DNA from: Leptolyngbyaceae cyanobacterium
GTDB lineage: Bacteria > Cyanobacteriota > Cyanobacteriia > Phormidesmidales > Phormidesmidaceae
Assembly: GCA_050331235.1 (NCBI GenBank)
Contig: JBHJHA010000026.1
Location: forward strand, 1 to 64,000
DNA length: 64,000 bases
Reading direction: 5' to 3'
Shown here: positions 10,250 to 20,745 of the stretch, in pieces
Layout of the letters: every line of letters begins with the position of its first letter
Position numbering within the stretch: the first letter of the stretch is position 1
Translations under genes and position numbers: made by a program
The notes under the pieces: generated by a model
What the model saw: only the letters and a program-made list of their open reading frames with translations
Databases searched by the model: none
What the model was told of the DNA's origin: nothing

Positions 10250-10680
10250 GGCGTGTTGTCTCCGCGATCGCTACGAAGAAGCGGCACGGCATTGCCATCT
10301 CCCGACCGACGGGTGGGTGGTGGGTGCTTGCCAATGAGAGAGACGATCAGGGCGCAATTGGTTTTATTGACTTGTCCAGTACAGTAAAGCAGTCAAAGCC
10401 CGTGAGTATTTCGCCGCAGGGGCAGGCGGTCAGGTGCACACATCATTGGGGCTGATAAGGAACTGTCTGAACAGCGCTTTCACCGTTCGTTTTGCAATCC
10501 TTGATTTCCCCTAGCCCTTTCTTGCAGGTTGGTTCATAGAAATTTATTGGACCTCACTAACATCTGCTTGATCGCTGAAACTCCCTCGCGTAACTGCTAA
10601 TAATCTCCCCTAGGGTAAATGTTTTTTATTCACTCACTAACTAGGATTGATAATGAAAAATTAATTAAGTTGCTCCAGGT

Positions 10681-10989
10681 ATGATTTTATGTCTAGAGGT
10701 CCCGGCAGCCAAAGCTTTTCATGCGCTTTCCGATCCGCTGCGGCTTCAAATTATCGAAAGCTTACGCAACCACGAATACTGTGTAGCTGACTTGTGTGAA
10801 CATCTGGACGTGAGTCAGTCCAAACTATCTTTTCACCTGCGGGTGCTCAAGGAAGCCGCGATCGTGAGATCGCGGCCCCACGGTCGCTGGACTTACTACA
10901 GCCTACACTTACCCCAGTTGGTTGCCCTGGAGCAGCACTTGGCAGATTTCAGGCACTTTACTGACATGGTGCCGCCAAGTGTGGAATAG
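10681..10989 (+). CDS. ArsR/SmtB family transcriptional regulator
   Basis: FHALSDPLRLQI, SQSKLSFHLRVLKEA, GRWTYYSL. Confidence 0.92.
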   Translation: MILCLEVPAAKAFHALSDPLRLQIIESLRNHEYCVADLCEHLDVSQSKLSFHLRVLKEAAIVRSRPHGRWTYYSLHLPQLVALEQHLADFRHFTDMVPPSVE

Positions 10990-11036
10990 CGCTCTGAGCT
11001 ACGGATCACAGTGGTATAAAGATGACTTACCAAAGC

Positions 11037-11942
11037 CTACAGCCACGCCTGGATGAGCTGAGCTATGTCCTTTGCCTTTTCCAAATGTGGTACGTGACCG
11101 CACTGATCGACCCAGGCCAAGGTAGCGCTGGGCAAAATATCTATAAAAACAGTGGCGTCTTGGGTGCCCAAAATTTTATCTTGCCGCCCCCAAACAACCA
11201 AAGTCGGCAGAGTCATTTGCGCAATGCGATCGCGCGAAAAGTTGTACCCGCCGCTTTTGGTAAACGCGATTAAGGCCTCAGACCAATTGGCACACTGAAG
11301 GTGCAGGGCGGCGCAGATCTCAGCATCCGGTGTCACAAGCGACTTGTTGGCATAGGCTTGGCGACTGATGCGACGACGCACCCCGGCGTTTTTGAGGAAG
11401 GCCGTTGCCCAGCGATCTAGCGGGGGAAACATCAATCGCCCCATAGCAGGACCAGCGGCTAATCCAGCGCTATCGAGTAACACCAAGCGTTCTACGACCT
11501 CTGGATGGGTTAGGGCAAAATCGATCGCGGCGGCCCCCCCCATTGATGCCCCCACCAAGACTACGGGCTGTGCGATCGCCTGCTGCCAAAAACCATAGAG
11601 ATGTTGCTTGATGGCGGTTGGGGTGATGTCCCTGACGATGGTGCGATCGGTAAACCCAAACCCCAGTAGATCAACGGCCCAAGTTGAACGGTACGCAGCC
11701 AACTGCGGCAGCAGCCGGCGAAACTCAAATAGCGAACTGTCAAATCCATGCAGCAGCAGGATGGGCGGCTGCCCCTCACCCTGTTGGACATATGTTGTCG
11801 GGATGGGCAGGTAGCTCAGCTCAGTGGTCACCTCAAGCTGTTGCATTTGCTGGGCGATCGCGACTGAGGTTGCTTCGGTCAATTCGGCGGCGAGGACCGG
11901 CAAAAAATCAGGAAAGTGGCCTGGCAGGTTTTCTACAGTCAT
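11037..11942 (-). CDS. Alpha/beta fold hydrolase
   Basis: LLHGFDSS, GASMGG nucleophile elbow, CGHVPHLE; 4-bp ATGA overlap with ictB. Confidence 0.92.
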   Translation of the reverse strand: MTVENLPGHFPDFLPVLAAELTEATSVAIAQQMQQLEVTTELSYLPIPTTYVQQGEGQPPILLLHGFDSSLFEFRRLLPQLAAYRSTWAVDLLGFGFTDRTIVRDITPTAIKQHLYGFWQQAIAQPVVLVGASMGGAAAIDFALTHPEVVERLVLLDSAGLAAGPAMGRLMFPPLDRWATAFLKNAGVRRRISRQAYANKSLVTPDAEICAALHLQCANWSEALIAFTKSGGYNFSRDRIAQMTLPTLVVWGRQDKILGTQDATVFIDILPSATLAWVDQCGHVPHLEKAKDIAQLIQAWL

Positions 11943-13324
11943 AGCTCCGTCGATAATCGCTTAGGTTTGCTGCTGTAGTAGCTGGCAACGAGGGCCAACA
12001 TGAGCCACCACAACGTGCTGACCTGGGGCCGAAACCAAATGGTATCTACCAGACCGTGGACGAGCATCCCTACCATAGTGGCGATCGCCGCCATCAACCA
12101 ATACGCTTGAACAGCCTGGGTTTCCCGCAGTTTTTGTAACACGCGCCAACCCTGACCAAAGGTCACCGTCAGTAACCAAAAGAAAACCGTCAACCCAATT
12201 AGCCCGGCCTCTACGGCAATTTCCAGAAAGACAGAATAGGCGCTGAGCGCGGTGTAGCGGGGGCGTTGAAATAGGGGGTAAACCTGATTAAACGCATCGT
12301 TGCCGGGCCCAATACCCAAGATGGGGCGAGCTTTGATCATGTCAATGACAGCCATCCAGACGTTGATGCGAAAGTTGTTGCTGCTGTCACTGCGGCCCGC
12401 AAAAATGCTCATCACCCGATCGCGCAGCGGCTCTAGAGCCGCTATCGCCAAAAACAAAAAGGCGGTTGAACCGCCGAGCAGCAACGGTATCGACCAGCGT
12501 CGCCAAAACGGATTGAACCGAATACTCCAGAACTGCACAAGCAATATGAGGAGCGTAAACCCCGCAGCAATGAAGCCAAGCCACCCACCCCGGCTAAACG
12601 TGAGCACCAGACAAGCCGTGCTGATCAAACCGCTCAACCCAGCCAGGGCTTTGGGGATCCACCGTGGCCAGGCAAATACGGCGGCACCACTCAGCATTAC
12701 TGCGGGAATCAGATAGCCCGCTAGCAAATTAGGATTTCCTAAATAGCTATAAACCCGAGTCGTGCCAGCCAAATTAGACGTGGGATCAACCCACGTAGCC
12801 AATGCTTCGGCTCCAAAAAACCACTGCCGCAGGCCAAATACCGATACTATTAGGGTCGTTAGCAAATAGACCGTGATCAGTCCGTTCCGTAGGTGCGATC
12901 GCCGCAGCACTCGCGCCATGAGCAAAAACAGCAGCACATTCAGCGTCAGCTTGATCAGGCCAGCAATCGCCGCCCCCCGCACAGGCGACAGCGCCGTAGC
13001 CAGGACCATCACCCCCCAATAGGCAATCACCACCAAATGAATGGGAGTTAACCCTTCGCCGGCCTCATCGGTCAGCGTCAGCAATAGCCAAAACGCGCTA
13101 CAGGCGAGCAGCAACACGCCGATCAGCGACGTGGGCACATAGGGAGCCAGGGCAAACAGAATGGCCACAATACCAAGGGCGATCGCATCGCCCCACTGCA
13201 AGAGCCAACTGCCCTGTCGCCACTGGCGAGCAAAGGCTAATCCTTGATGCAGTAAACTTGCCTCCCGCCACTGGTGCAGCGCTAAGCGGTTGAGAGTTAC
13301 GGTTTGCCAAACATTGCTCAGCAT
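11939..13324 (-). CDS. ictB: IctB family (O-antigen ligase-like) membrane protein
   Basis: TRVYSYLGNPNLLAGYL, TFSRGGW, DSSNNFRINVW, GIGPGN..FN..YPL. Confidence 0.93.
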   Translation of the reverse strand: MLSNVWQTVTLNRLALHQWREASLLHQGLAFARQWRQGSWLLQWGDAIALGIVAILFALAPYVPTSLIGVLLLACSAFWLLLTLTDEAGEGLTPIHLVVIAYWGVMVLATALSPVRGAAIAGLIKLTLNVLLFLLMARVLRRSHLRNGLITVYLLTTLIVSVFGLRQWFFGAEALATWVDPTSNLAGTTRVYSYLGNPNLLAGYLIPAVMLSGAAVFAWPRWIPKALAGLSGLISTACLVLTFSRGGWLGFIAAGFTLLILLVQFWSIRFNPFWRRWSIPLLLGGSTAFLFLAIAALEPLRDRVMSIFAGRSDSSNNFRINVWMAVIDMIKARPILGIGPGNDAFNQVYPLFQRPRYTALSAYSVFLEIAVEAGLIGLTVFFWLLTVTFGQGWRVLQKLRETQAVQAYWLMAAIATMVGMLVHGLVDTIWFRPQVSTLWWLMLALVASYYSSKPKRLSTEL

Positions 13325-13399
13325 CGGTGGCTCGCCTATCTAAATTCCCAGGCTTTATTCTGCATCATTCTGGCCAATCGCGCGGCCCCTCACGCAGAT

Positions 13400-14686
13400 T
13401 TAAAGCTGCCAATAAAGACAGTGACACACCCTGCCAATCACTCTCTCCTGGAGAGAACGTTGCTGCCACTGCTGATAATCTACTCGCTCACTCTGCTCAA
13501 AGCCGTTCACAAAAAACGTTTCTACCTGCGCCATCAGCTCTGGTGTGTAAGCACACAAGTTGAGCTCATCATTGTGAAAAAAGCTACGAGGATCAAGATT
13601 AGCACTGCCAAAGCTCATCCAGTTTTGGTCAATCAAAATCACTTTGCCGTGCATCATACTTGGCTGAAATTCGTAAATCTGGACACCGCTCTCGAGCAAT
13701 AATCCGTAACGTAGTCGCGATGTGTAATAGACGTAATCCTTGTCACTCATTGGCCCCATCGTGAGAATGCGTACGTCCACGCCCTGCTGGCACGCTTCGC
13801 GCAAGACCCGGCAGGTGTAGTGGTCTGGCAGCAAATAAGGACTCGCCAGCCACAAACGCTGCTGAGCCGAGGCAATACACAGTTGAAACAGACTTCGAAT
13901 GGGTGAATCCCCGACTGAGGGGGCTTCCCCTGGCGTCACCAAGACGGGAATCTCACGGTCGACAACGGCCAATTCTGGTACATGGTTTCTTAGGTCAACC
14001 GGGCCCCCAGCGGTGAGCCAGTGTTGCCAAAAGAAGCCGCTCAGCAGCCCCACAACCTGCCCCCGCCATTGAATTTCAAAGTCATACCAAGGATGGTGAG
14101 ATTTACCATCTTTGCCGTCCCACATGTCAGAAATACCCGCCCCGCCCACTAGGGCAGTCTTTTGGTCGACAATCAACAGCTTGCGGTGATTACGCTGTAA
14201 AAAATCTTGGGGCGATCGCGCTGAAAAGGGGTTGAAAAATCGCAGCTCTACTCCGGCTTGGGTCAGCCGTTTCCAATATGATTCTGGTAGCTCATGGGCA
14301 CCGTAGCTATCGACCAAGATTTGGACAGTGACCCCAGCGATCGCCCGGCGGCATAGGGCATCCGCAAAGTCATCAGCGCGGCGCCCAGGCGACATTTTGA
14401 ACGTCTCAAACTGAATCAAATCCTTGGCCTGTTCGATCAGTGTTAGCCGAAACGCTTGAATCTCTTCAATGCTCGAGCGAAAAGCTACAGGATCGCCTTG
14501 GGTAATCAGCGAATCTGACATGCTCGCGAAGGTTTTGATCAGGTGGGGCGAATCCGACGGCATCCCCTGCAGACAAAAATGTGGATGCCGCCGAAAAGTT
14601 CCATGCCAATAGGCAATGCCTAGCACCACCAACCCTGGTATCAGCAGCAAAATGAGAACGACGGCCCAAATGGGTAACGAAATCAT
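13400..14686 (-). CDS. Phospholipase D / cardiolipin synthase-like protein
   Basis: Two HKD motifs (RNHRKLLIVD, MHGKVILID..GSANLD); N-terminal TM; ATG at 14686 preferred. Confidence 0.88.
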   Translation of the reverse strand: MISLPIWAVVLILLLIPGLVVLGIAYWHGTFRRHPHFCLQGMPSDSPHLIKTFASMSDSLITQGDPVAFRSSIEEIQAFRLTLIEQAKDLIQFETFKMSPGRRADDFADALCRRAIAGVTVQILVDSYGAHELPESYWKRLTQAGVELRFFNPFSARSPQDFLQRNHRKLLIVDQKTALVGGAGISDMWDGKDGKSHHPWYDFEIQWRGQVVGLLSGFFWQHWLTAGGPVDLRNHVPELAVVDREIPVLVTPGEAPSVGDSPIRSLFQLCIASAQQRLWLASPYLLPDHYTCRVLREACQQGVDVRILTMGPMSDKDYVYYTSRLRYGLLLESGVQIYEFQPSMMHGKVILIDQNWMSFGSANLDPRSFFHNDELNLCAYTPELMAQVETFFVNGFEQSERVDYQQWQQRSLQERVIGRVCHCLYWQL

Positions 14687-14948
14687 GGGCGTTAAAAAGT
14701 AAGTAGCAAAGTGAGGATGTGGAGAGTGCACTGCCTACTTTAGCCACGGCGGATGACCAGCGGCAGCAGCGGCAATAGCCTTCAGAATCATCGACATCAG
14801 CTCAGAATGATATCTAGCCACAGAGAGATTCTCAGCCAGAAAAAGATTTTTCAATCGCTAACTGACTTGGCACTCGAGTCTTACCGCTGGCGAAACGGCA
14901 GCGTTAGACTAAATCACGGTATCTGAAAAGGCTTCGGCATTAAATCCC

Positions 14949-16868
14949 ATGACCCTGCTTACCCTCAAGTCAATTCAAAAGGACTTTGGCATTAAGGAAA
15001 TTTTTCGCAATGCGTCCTTCAGCTTGGAAGACGGTGACAAGGTTGGCCTGATTGGCACCAATGGCTCCGGCAAATCCACTCTGCTGAAGATGATTGCCGG
15101 TATTGAACCCATTGATGGCGGCGAGATTTGGCGCAACTCGGGAGCCAAGATTGTCTATTTGCCCCAGCAGCCTGATATTGAGGGCGATCGCACCGTGCTC
15201 GAGCAGGTCTTTGCCGACGCTGGGGAGCAGATGGCGCTGATCCGTCAATATGAAGACGTCTCCCACCGTATGGAACGGGGAGAAGGCGACTTAGACGCCC
15301 TAATGTCTCAACTCTCACGCGTCACCGAAAAAATTGAAGCGGCGGGAGCTTGGGACTTAGAAACCAGTGCCAAGGCCGTGTTGACCCAATTAGGTATTCA
15401 AGACTTTGAGGCCAAAGTTGGGGATCTCTCGGGGGGATATCGCAAACGAGTTGCGATCGCTGCTGCCCTCCTCTCCGCGCCCGATGCTCTGCTCATGGAT
15501 GAACCTACGAACCATTTAGATGCTGAGTCGGTGGAGTGGCTGCAAAGCTATCTCAATGGTTTTCGCGGAGCGCTGCTGCTGATCACCCACGATCGCTACT
15601 TTTTAGATCGCGTGACAAATCGCATTTTGGAAGTAGATCGCGGCGACCTGTTTGGCTACTCCGGCAACTACAGCTACTTTTTGGAGAAAAAAGCTGAAGC
15701 TGAAACCGCCTCTGCCAGCACCCAAAAGAAGCATGCCGGCATGCTTCGCCGGGAGTTGGAATGGCTCAAGCGGGGCCCCAAGGCTCGCAGCACTAAGCAA
15801 AAAGCCCGCATCCAGCGCATCGACGAAATGCAAGGGCGTGAATTTAAGGAGAGCTTAGGCAAAGTCGATATTTCCACCGTAGGGCGACGTATTGGCAAAA
15901 AGGTCATCGAGCTAGCTGACGTTAGCAAGGGTTACGGCGATCACACCTTAATTCGCGACTTTACCTATATTTTCAGTCCCCGCGATCGCGTGGGCATCAT
16001 TGGTCCCAACGGCGTGGGCAAATCAACGCTGATGAACCTAATCACCGGGCGCGCCCCGCCGGATACCGGCACCATCGAGATCGGCGACACCATTCACTTT
16101 GGCTACTTCGATCAGCATTCCGACGATGTGATCAAAAATCCTAATCAGCGCGTCATCGAATATCTCAAGGAAACTGCAGAACTGGTCAAAACGGTGGACG
16201 GCAGCGTTATCACAGCATCACAGATGTTAGAGCGTTTTCTATTTCCCCCAGATCAACAGTATGCGCCGATTCACAAGCTCTCCGGGGGAGAGCGCCGCCG
16301 CTTATTTCTCCTTCAGGTTTTGATGCAGGCCCCCAATGTGCTCATTTTGGACGAGCCGACTAACGATCTCGACGTTCAGACCTTAGCCGTGCTTGAGGAA
16401 TATCTCGAAGAGTTTAATGGCTGTGTCATCGTGGTCTCCCACGATCGCTACTTTTTAAATCGCACGGTGGAGACCATTTTCGCCTTTGAAGGTCAGGGGC
16501 AGATTCGCCAGTATCCCGGCAACTACTCCGTCTATCTAGAGCATCGCCAAGCACCGGCCGCCGCCGCCCCCGCCCCTAAGATCGAGTCTGAGAACAATGG
16601 GGCAGCCCAGCGCTCAACTGCGAGCCCATCGTCAGCTACCACCAAGCCAAAGAAGCTTTCCTACAAAGAAAAGCGGGAGTACGAACAGCTCGAAACCCAA
16701 ATTCCAGTGTGGGAAACTGAAAAAGTCGCCCTCGAAAAGCAGCTTTATGACAGTGCTGCCAGCGATTACGATGAAATGAAGGTGTTGACTGAAAAGCTCG
16801 CTTCCTTAACACAAAACATCGACACGGCCACAGAGCGGTGGCTAGAACTTGCGGAAAGAATGGATTAA
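14949..16868 (+). CDS. ABC-F family ATPase (Uup-like)
   Basis: Two ABC cassettes (GTNGSGKST/LSGG/DEPTN; GPNGVGKST/LSGG/DEPTN), KARSTKQKAR linker, C-terminal KLSYKEKRE coiled coil. Confidence 0.95.
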   Translation: MTLLTLKSIQKDFGIKEIFRNASFSLEDGDKVGLIGTNGSGKSTLLKMIAGIEPIDGGEIWRNSGAKIVYLPQQPDIEGDRTVLEQVFADAGEQMALIRQYEDVSHRMERGEGDLDALMSQLSRVTEKIEAAGAWDLETSAKAVLTQLGIQDFEAKVGDLSGGYRKRVAIAAALLSAPDALLMDEPTNHLDAESVEWLQSYLNGFRGALLLITHDRYFLDRVTNRILEVDRGDLFGYSGNYSYFLEKKAEAETASASTQKKHAGMLRRELEWLKRGPKARSTKQKARIQRIDEMQGREFKESLGKVDISTVGRRIGKKVIELADVSKGYGDHTLIRDFTYIFSPRDRVGIIGPNGVGKSTLMNLITGRAPPDTGTIEIGDTIHFGYFDQHSDDVIKNPNQRVIEYLKETAELVKTVDGSVITASQMLERFLFPPDQQYAPIHKLSGGERRRLFLLQVLMQAPNVLILDEPTNDLDVQTLAVLEEYLEEFNGCVIVVSHDRYFLNRTVETIFAFEGQGQIRQYPGNYSVYLEHRQAPAAAAPAPKIESENNGAAQRSTASPSSATTKPKKLSYKEKREYEQLETQIPVWETEKVALEKQLYDSAASDYDEMKVLTEKLASLTQNIDTATERWLELAERMD

Positions 16869-17124
16869 TCCAATATTTCTCAATGGATACCCCTCCGGTT
16901 GAGCACTCCAGATAAAGCCGCATACTCTAAGGCAATGGAAGAGTTAAAAGAGAGCCATACAGACCTACGATGGGATATCGGGAATCCCCCTGGCATCTGC
17001 AGTCTTGGTTAGGGAAAATTCACCGTAGTTGAGGTGACGGTGGTGTACCCTGCGATCGCCCATGATGAACTTGACGACGTCACCCAAAAGGCCGTCTCTG
17101 CTAAATTTCACCCCCCAGAAAACG

Positions 17125-17334
17125 ATGGAAAAACCCACCAAATTTGATGTGTTGATGGCCGCAATTAACCAATTGCAGTCTAAACTCGACGATATCGACG
17201 GCCGTCTCAACCGATTAGAGCGCCCGGCTTCTACCCCCGACCCGATGGACAATGGCAGGCAGTCCACTGATTTTGAGCCCCGACACGAAATCTTCGTGCA
17301 AGAGCCCCGCAAGCGTCGATTTTCCGAGGACTAA
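17125..17334 (+). CDS. Small hypothetical coiled-coil protein
   Basis: Heptad pattern INQLQSKLDDIDGRLNRLE; fills the gap ahead of the GTPase gene; start uncertain (17062 or 17125). Confidence 0.5.
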   Translation: MEKPTKFDVLMAAINQLQSKLDDIDGRLNRLERPASTPDPMDNGRQSTDFEPRHEIFVQEPRKRRFSED

Positions 17335-17391
17335 GGTATTAACACTGCTAAGTAGCAGTGCGATCGCGCCAAAGACGAGCAGTAAAGCACG

Positions 17392-18972
17392 ATGGGTATG
17401 AAACGAGGCCGCCTCCTATTAATTGGCATCGCTGCCCTACTGTTGCTTGGGGGGCTGCTATGGGTTGTGGATTTTGTGCTTCGGACCCAGGCTGCGATCG
17501 CGCTCTTTTCGCCGTTGCTTGCCCAGATCTTTTTAGGGGGGATGGCCCTACTTGTGATTGCCCTGGTGGGTGGTGGGGTCTACTATTTGTGGCCATTTTT
17601 TCGCCCGCGACAGCGGCCCTTGCCAACCGTGCCCCAAGCCAAAACCGAGGCGGCCCAGATGGCGATCGCCGGGGTCAAACAGCAGGTCACCCAAATTCAA
17701 GACGCAGTGGCGCGATCGGCGCTCCAGGCGCGTTTACAAACCCTCACCAACGATTGGCACCAGCGCGACATTCGGATTGTGCTGTTCGGCTTGGGATCAG
17801 TGGGCAAGACCTCCATGGTCAATGGTTTGATGGGCGATTTGGTGGGGGCTGTCAATGCGCCCCTAGGCACCACCACAGTGGCCACGGTCTATCCCCTAGA
17901 GCTGCCGGGTGTGACTCAGGTCGTATGGCTTACCGATACTCCCGGATTGATGGAGGCCAGTGCCGCCGGTGCCGAGCGGGAGGCCCAAGTCCGACAGTTA
18001 GCTGCCGCCGCCGACTTGCTGCTGTTTGTTATTGACAATGATCTGCGTCAAACCGAGTACGCTTTGGCCCAATCGCTACTCGTGATGGGCAAACGGCTGG
18101 TGGTTGTGCTCAACAAGGCGGATCTCTATCCCGAAGACGAGCTCCAGACAATTTTGGCCCGGGTGCGATCGCGGTTTGCTGGCCAGCTCACGTCGGATGA
18201 TGTGGTCGACGTGGCCGCCTCGCCTCAGCCCGTCCGGTTAGCGACCGGCGACATCGCTCAGATGGAACCGGATCTCTGGCCCCTGGAGAAGCGGCTGACC
18301 GAAATCCTCAGAGCTGAAGGAGCGGACTTGCTGGCGGATACCGTGCTGCTGCGATCGCAGCGCCTCGGTGAGGAAGCTCGGCAGCTCATGCAGGCCCAGC
18401 GTCACCAAGCCGCTAGCGCAATTGTTGAACGCTATCAGTGGATCAACGCCGCTGTCGTCGCAGCGACCCCGCTGCCTGGCCTTGATCTGCTCGCCACCGC
18501 AGCCATCAATGCTCAGATGGTGGTTGAGCTGGGTCAGGCCTATCAGTTTCATCTGTCGCTGACTGAAGGCAAGGAACTCGCCTTTGCCGTTGCTCGGACC
18601 CTGACTGGTCTTGGCGTTGCCAAAGGGGTGTTAAATCTGCTGGCCCTAGGAATGCAAACCACGCTCCCCACGGCGATCGCCAGTCGAGGCATTCAGGGGA
18701 TTACTGCTGCCTATTTAACTCGCATTGCGGGCAAAAGCTTTATGGACTACTTCAGTCAGAACCAAGACTGGGGTGATGGCGGCATTGGTGAAGTCGTACA
18801 AAAGCAGTTCCAGCTCAACCGTCGAGAAGAATTTTTACAGCAGTTTGTTCGCGAGGCGATCGCCCATCTGCGCCAGGAAGTCTCACTGCCCTTAGACTTG
18901 CCCGACCCCACCACCCAACAGGTTAAACCAGAGCTCGACCCAGACCACGCTCCGCCAACCCATGAGCCGTAG
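17392..18972 (+). CDS. Membrane-anchored GTPase with DUF697 (YcjF-like) C-terminus
   Basis: 2 TM; GLGSVGKTS, DTPG, NKAD GTPase motifs; ATPLPGLDLLATAAINAQMV. Confidence 0.88.
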   Translation: MGMKRGRLLLIGIAALLLLGGLLWVVDFVLRTQAAIALFSPLLAQIFLGGMALLVIALVGGGVYYLWPFFRPRQRPLPTVPQAKTEAAQMAIAGVKQQVTQIQDAVARSALQARLQTLTNDWHQRDIRIVLFGLGSVGKTSMVNGLMGDLVGAVNAPLGTTTVATVYPLELPGVTQVVWLTDTPGLMEASAAGAEREAQVRQLAAAADLLLFVIDNDLRQTEYALAQSLLVMGKRLVVVLNKADLYPEDELQTILARVRSRFAGQLTSDDVVDVAASPQPVRLATGDIAQMEPDLWPLEKRLTEILRAEGADLLADTVLLRSQRLGEEARQLMQAQRHQAASAIVERYQWINAAVVAATPLPGLDLLATAAINAQMVVELGQAYQFHLSLTEGKELAFAVARTLTGLGVAKGVLNLLALGMQTTLPTAIASRGIQGITAAYLTRIAGKSFMDYFSQNQDWGDGGIGEVVQKQFQLNRREEFLQQFVREAIAHLRQEVSLPLDLPDPTTQQVKPELDPDHAPPTHEP

Positions 18973-18994
18973 CCACAATCACAATACGCAAGTC

Positions 18995-19807
18995 TCAGGG
19001 AGTCGAGAGCTGCGCCGTATCCGCTGGCGGATAGACCGCTTCTGCGACCATTCCGGGTTGGCCTAAGCGACTAGAGTTACCTTCGTTGAAAGAAACCATG
19101 ACTCCGCCAGCATTGCCAGCACGAATTTTGAGCTGCTCATCAGCCGTCCAAATCTGGGAGTCCCCTTCTTTCAAGATGCCTTCAAAGGCCACTTCTCCGT
19201 CGGCCGTAACCCGCAGCCAGGACTGACCTTCTAGCTCAACCGCTACCCGCACGGGGGAGTTGGCCACCTCAGGCGGTAGAGCCGAAGCAGCCTGAGGTGT
19301 TTCGGCTGAGCTGCTAGCCCCTGCCCCAGGGCCATCGGAAGGCATCATGGCATCTTCTGCCACCTCTCCTTCTAGCACCGGCAGGGTGCTGTTTTGATAG
19401 CTCATGCGCTGCAGCGTGTAAGACAGGGCACTAATCGCAATACCAATCAATACAACATAGGTCAAGTAGAGGTGCACTGGGCGTAGTTGCGGAGTAACCG
19501 GCAGCCGCCAAAAAGAACGAGATGGCTTCTCAATGGCAGGTGTGAAGTACTGGATTGCCAACGTTTCGCCGTCCAGCCCAAGGCTGTCACCATACCGTCG
19601 AATCAAGCCCCGAGTGTAGACCGGCTCCGGCAGCTGACTCATATCAGCGGCTTCGAGTGCCTCCAGCAGTGTCATCCGAATGAGCGTTTTCCTGGCTAGA
19701 TCGGCTTTTGACCAGCCTGCTGTTTCACGGGCCTCACGCAAGATGTGACCGATATGAACTAGCTGCTCTTGATGAAGATGATTGATATCAGGTGACTGTC
19801 GCTTCAT
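18995..19807 (-). CDS. rodZ: RodZ-like HTH - TM - DUF4115 protein
   Basis: LREARE...LPEPVY..GLIRRYG HTH; TM; SWLRVTADG..FEGIL..G...IRAGNAGGV. Confidence 0.85.
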   Translation of the reverse strand: MKRQSPDINHLHQEQLVHIGHILREARETAGWSKADLARKTLIRMTLLEALEAADMSQLPEPVYTRGLIRRYGDSLGLDGETLAIQYFTPAIEKPSRSFWRLPVTPQLRPVHLYLTYVVLIGIAISALSYTLQRMSYQNSTLPVLEGEVAEDAMMPSDGPGAGASSSAETPQAASALPPEVANSPVRVAVELEGQSWLRVTADGEVAFEGILKEGDSQIWTADEQLKIRAGNAGGVMVSFNEGNSSRLGQPGMVAEAVYPPADTAQLSTP

Positions 19808-19889
19808 ATACGCTATCGGAGATGCAAGTTAATAATAGTTGATAATCCTTAAAAATAATGCTCCACTACAGGCCTTCCTGCTCACTTTA

Positions 19890-20654
19890 CTACTTTGTCT
19901 GTTTCTGTAAATGCGTAGCTTTGGCGATCGCTTGATGTAGTTGTTGTAGCTCAGCGGCCGTCAAGGCCCGAACCTGACCTTGGGGGAGGGCACCCAGCTG
20001 AATGGGGCCAATGGAGATGCGATGCAGCTGTGTGACTGGGTATCCTAGCAATTCAGCTGTGCGCCGAATTTGCCGATTACGACCTTCCCATATAACGACC
20101 TCTAACACAGTTTGTCCGGGAGATTTGGTTGACACCACTGCGATTTTTGCCGCAGCCGTGGGCCGCCCCGACAGCTCGATGCCCTCTCGCCAACGCTGTA
20201 GAGCTTGATCGCTGGGATATCCCTTGACATTCACCCGATAGGTTTTGGCGATATGGTGACGAGGATGGGTAAGCTGATGGGTCAATGTCCCATCATTCGT
20301 CAAAATCAGCGCCCCCGTCGAGTTGTAATCTAAGCGGCCCACAGGGTGAATGCCGCTGTGCTGCCTGAGTGCCGGCGGCAGTAAGTCCAACACTGTCTTA
20401 CGTCCCTGGGGATCTTGACAGGTCGAAACCGTTCTCAACGGCTTATGCAGCAATCCGTAATAGGGGTGGGGGCGATTATGGGGCGCTAGTCGCTGACCGT
20501 CTAGGGTGATGATATCTACCTCGGGATCGGCCTTTTGCCCTAGCTCCGCCACTGCTTCATTGACCCAAACCCGTCCAGCCAAAATCAGCGCTTCCGCTTG
20601 ACGCCGAGAGGCGACTCCCCACATTGAGAGGATTTTTTGAACTCGCTCTGCCAT
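19890..20654 (-). CDS. rRNA pseudouridine synthase (RsuA/RluB family)
   Basis: ERVQKIL..GVASRR S4 domain, HPVGRLD, EGRNRQIRR; start at ATG 20654. Confidence 0.93.
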   Translation of the reverse strand: MAERVQKILSMWGVASRRQAEALILAGRVWVNEAVAELGQKADPEVDIITLDGQRLAPHNRPHPYYGLLHKPLRTVSTCQDPQGRKTVLDLLPPALRQHSGIHPVGRLDYNSTGALILTNDGTLTHQLTHPRHHIAKTYRVNVKGYPSDQALQRWREGIELSGRPTAAAKIAVVSTKSPGQTVLEVVIWEGRNRQIRRTAELLGYPVTQLHRISIGPIQLGALPQGQVRALTAAELQQLHQAIAKATHLQKQTK

Positions 20655-20745
20655 GACGCCCAAACGCACAGTAAACGCGTAGAAAACTCTAACTAGCCTA
20701 CATGCCCGACCTGGCATTCGCCCAAACACTCGAAGCGATGGCGTA

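Noticed and set aside
17358..18035. 225-aa alternate-frame ORF
   Set aside because: Overlaps the well-supported GTPase gene; low-complexity shadow translation
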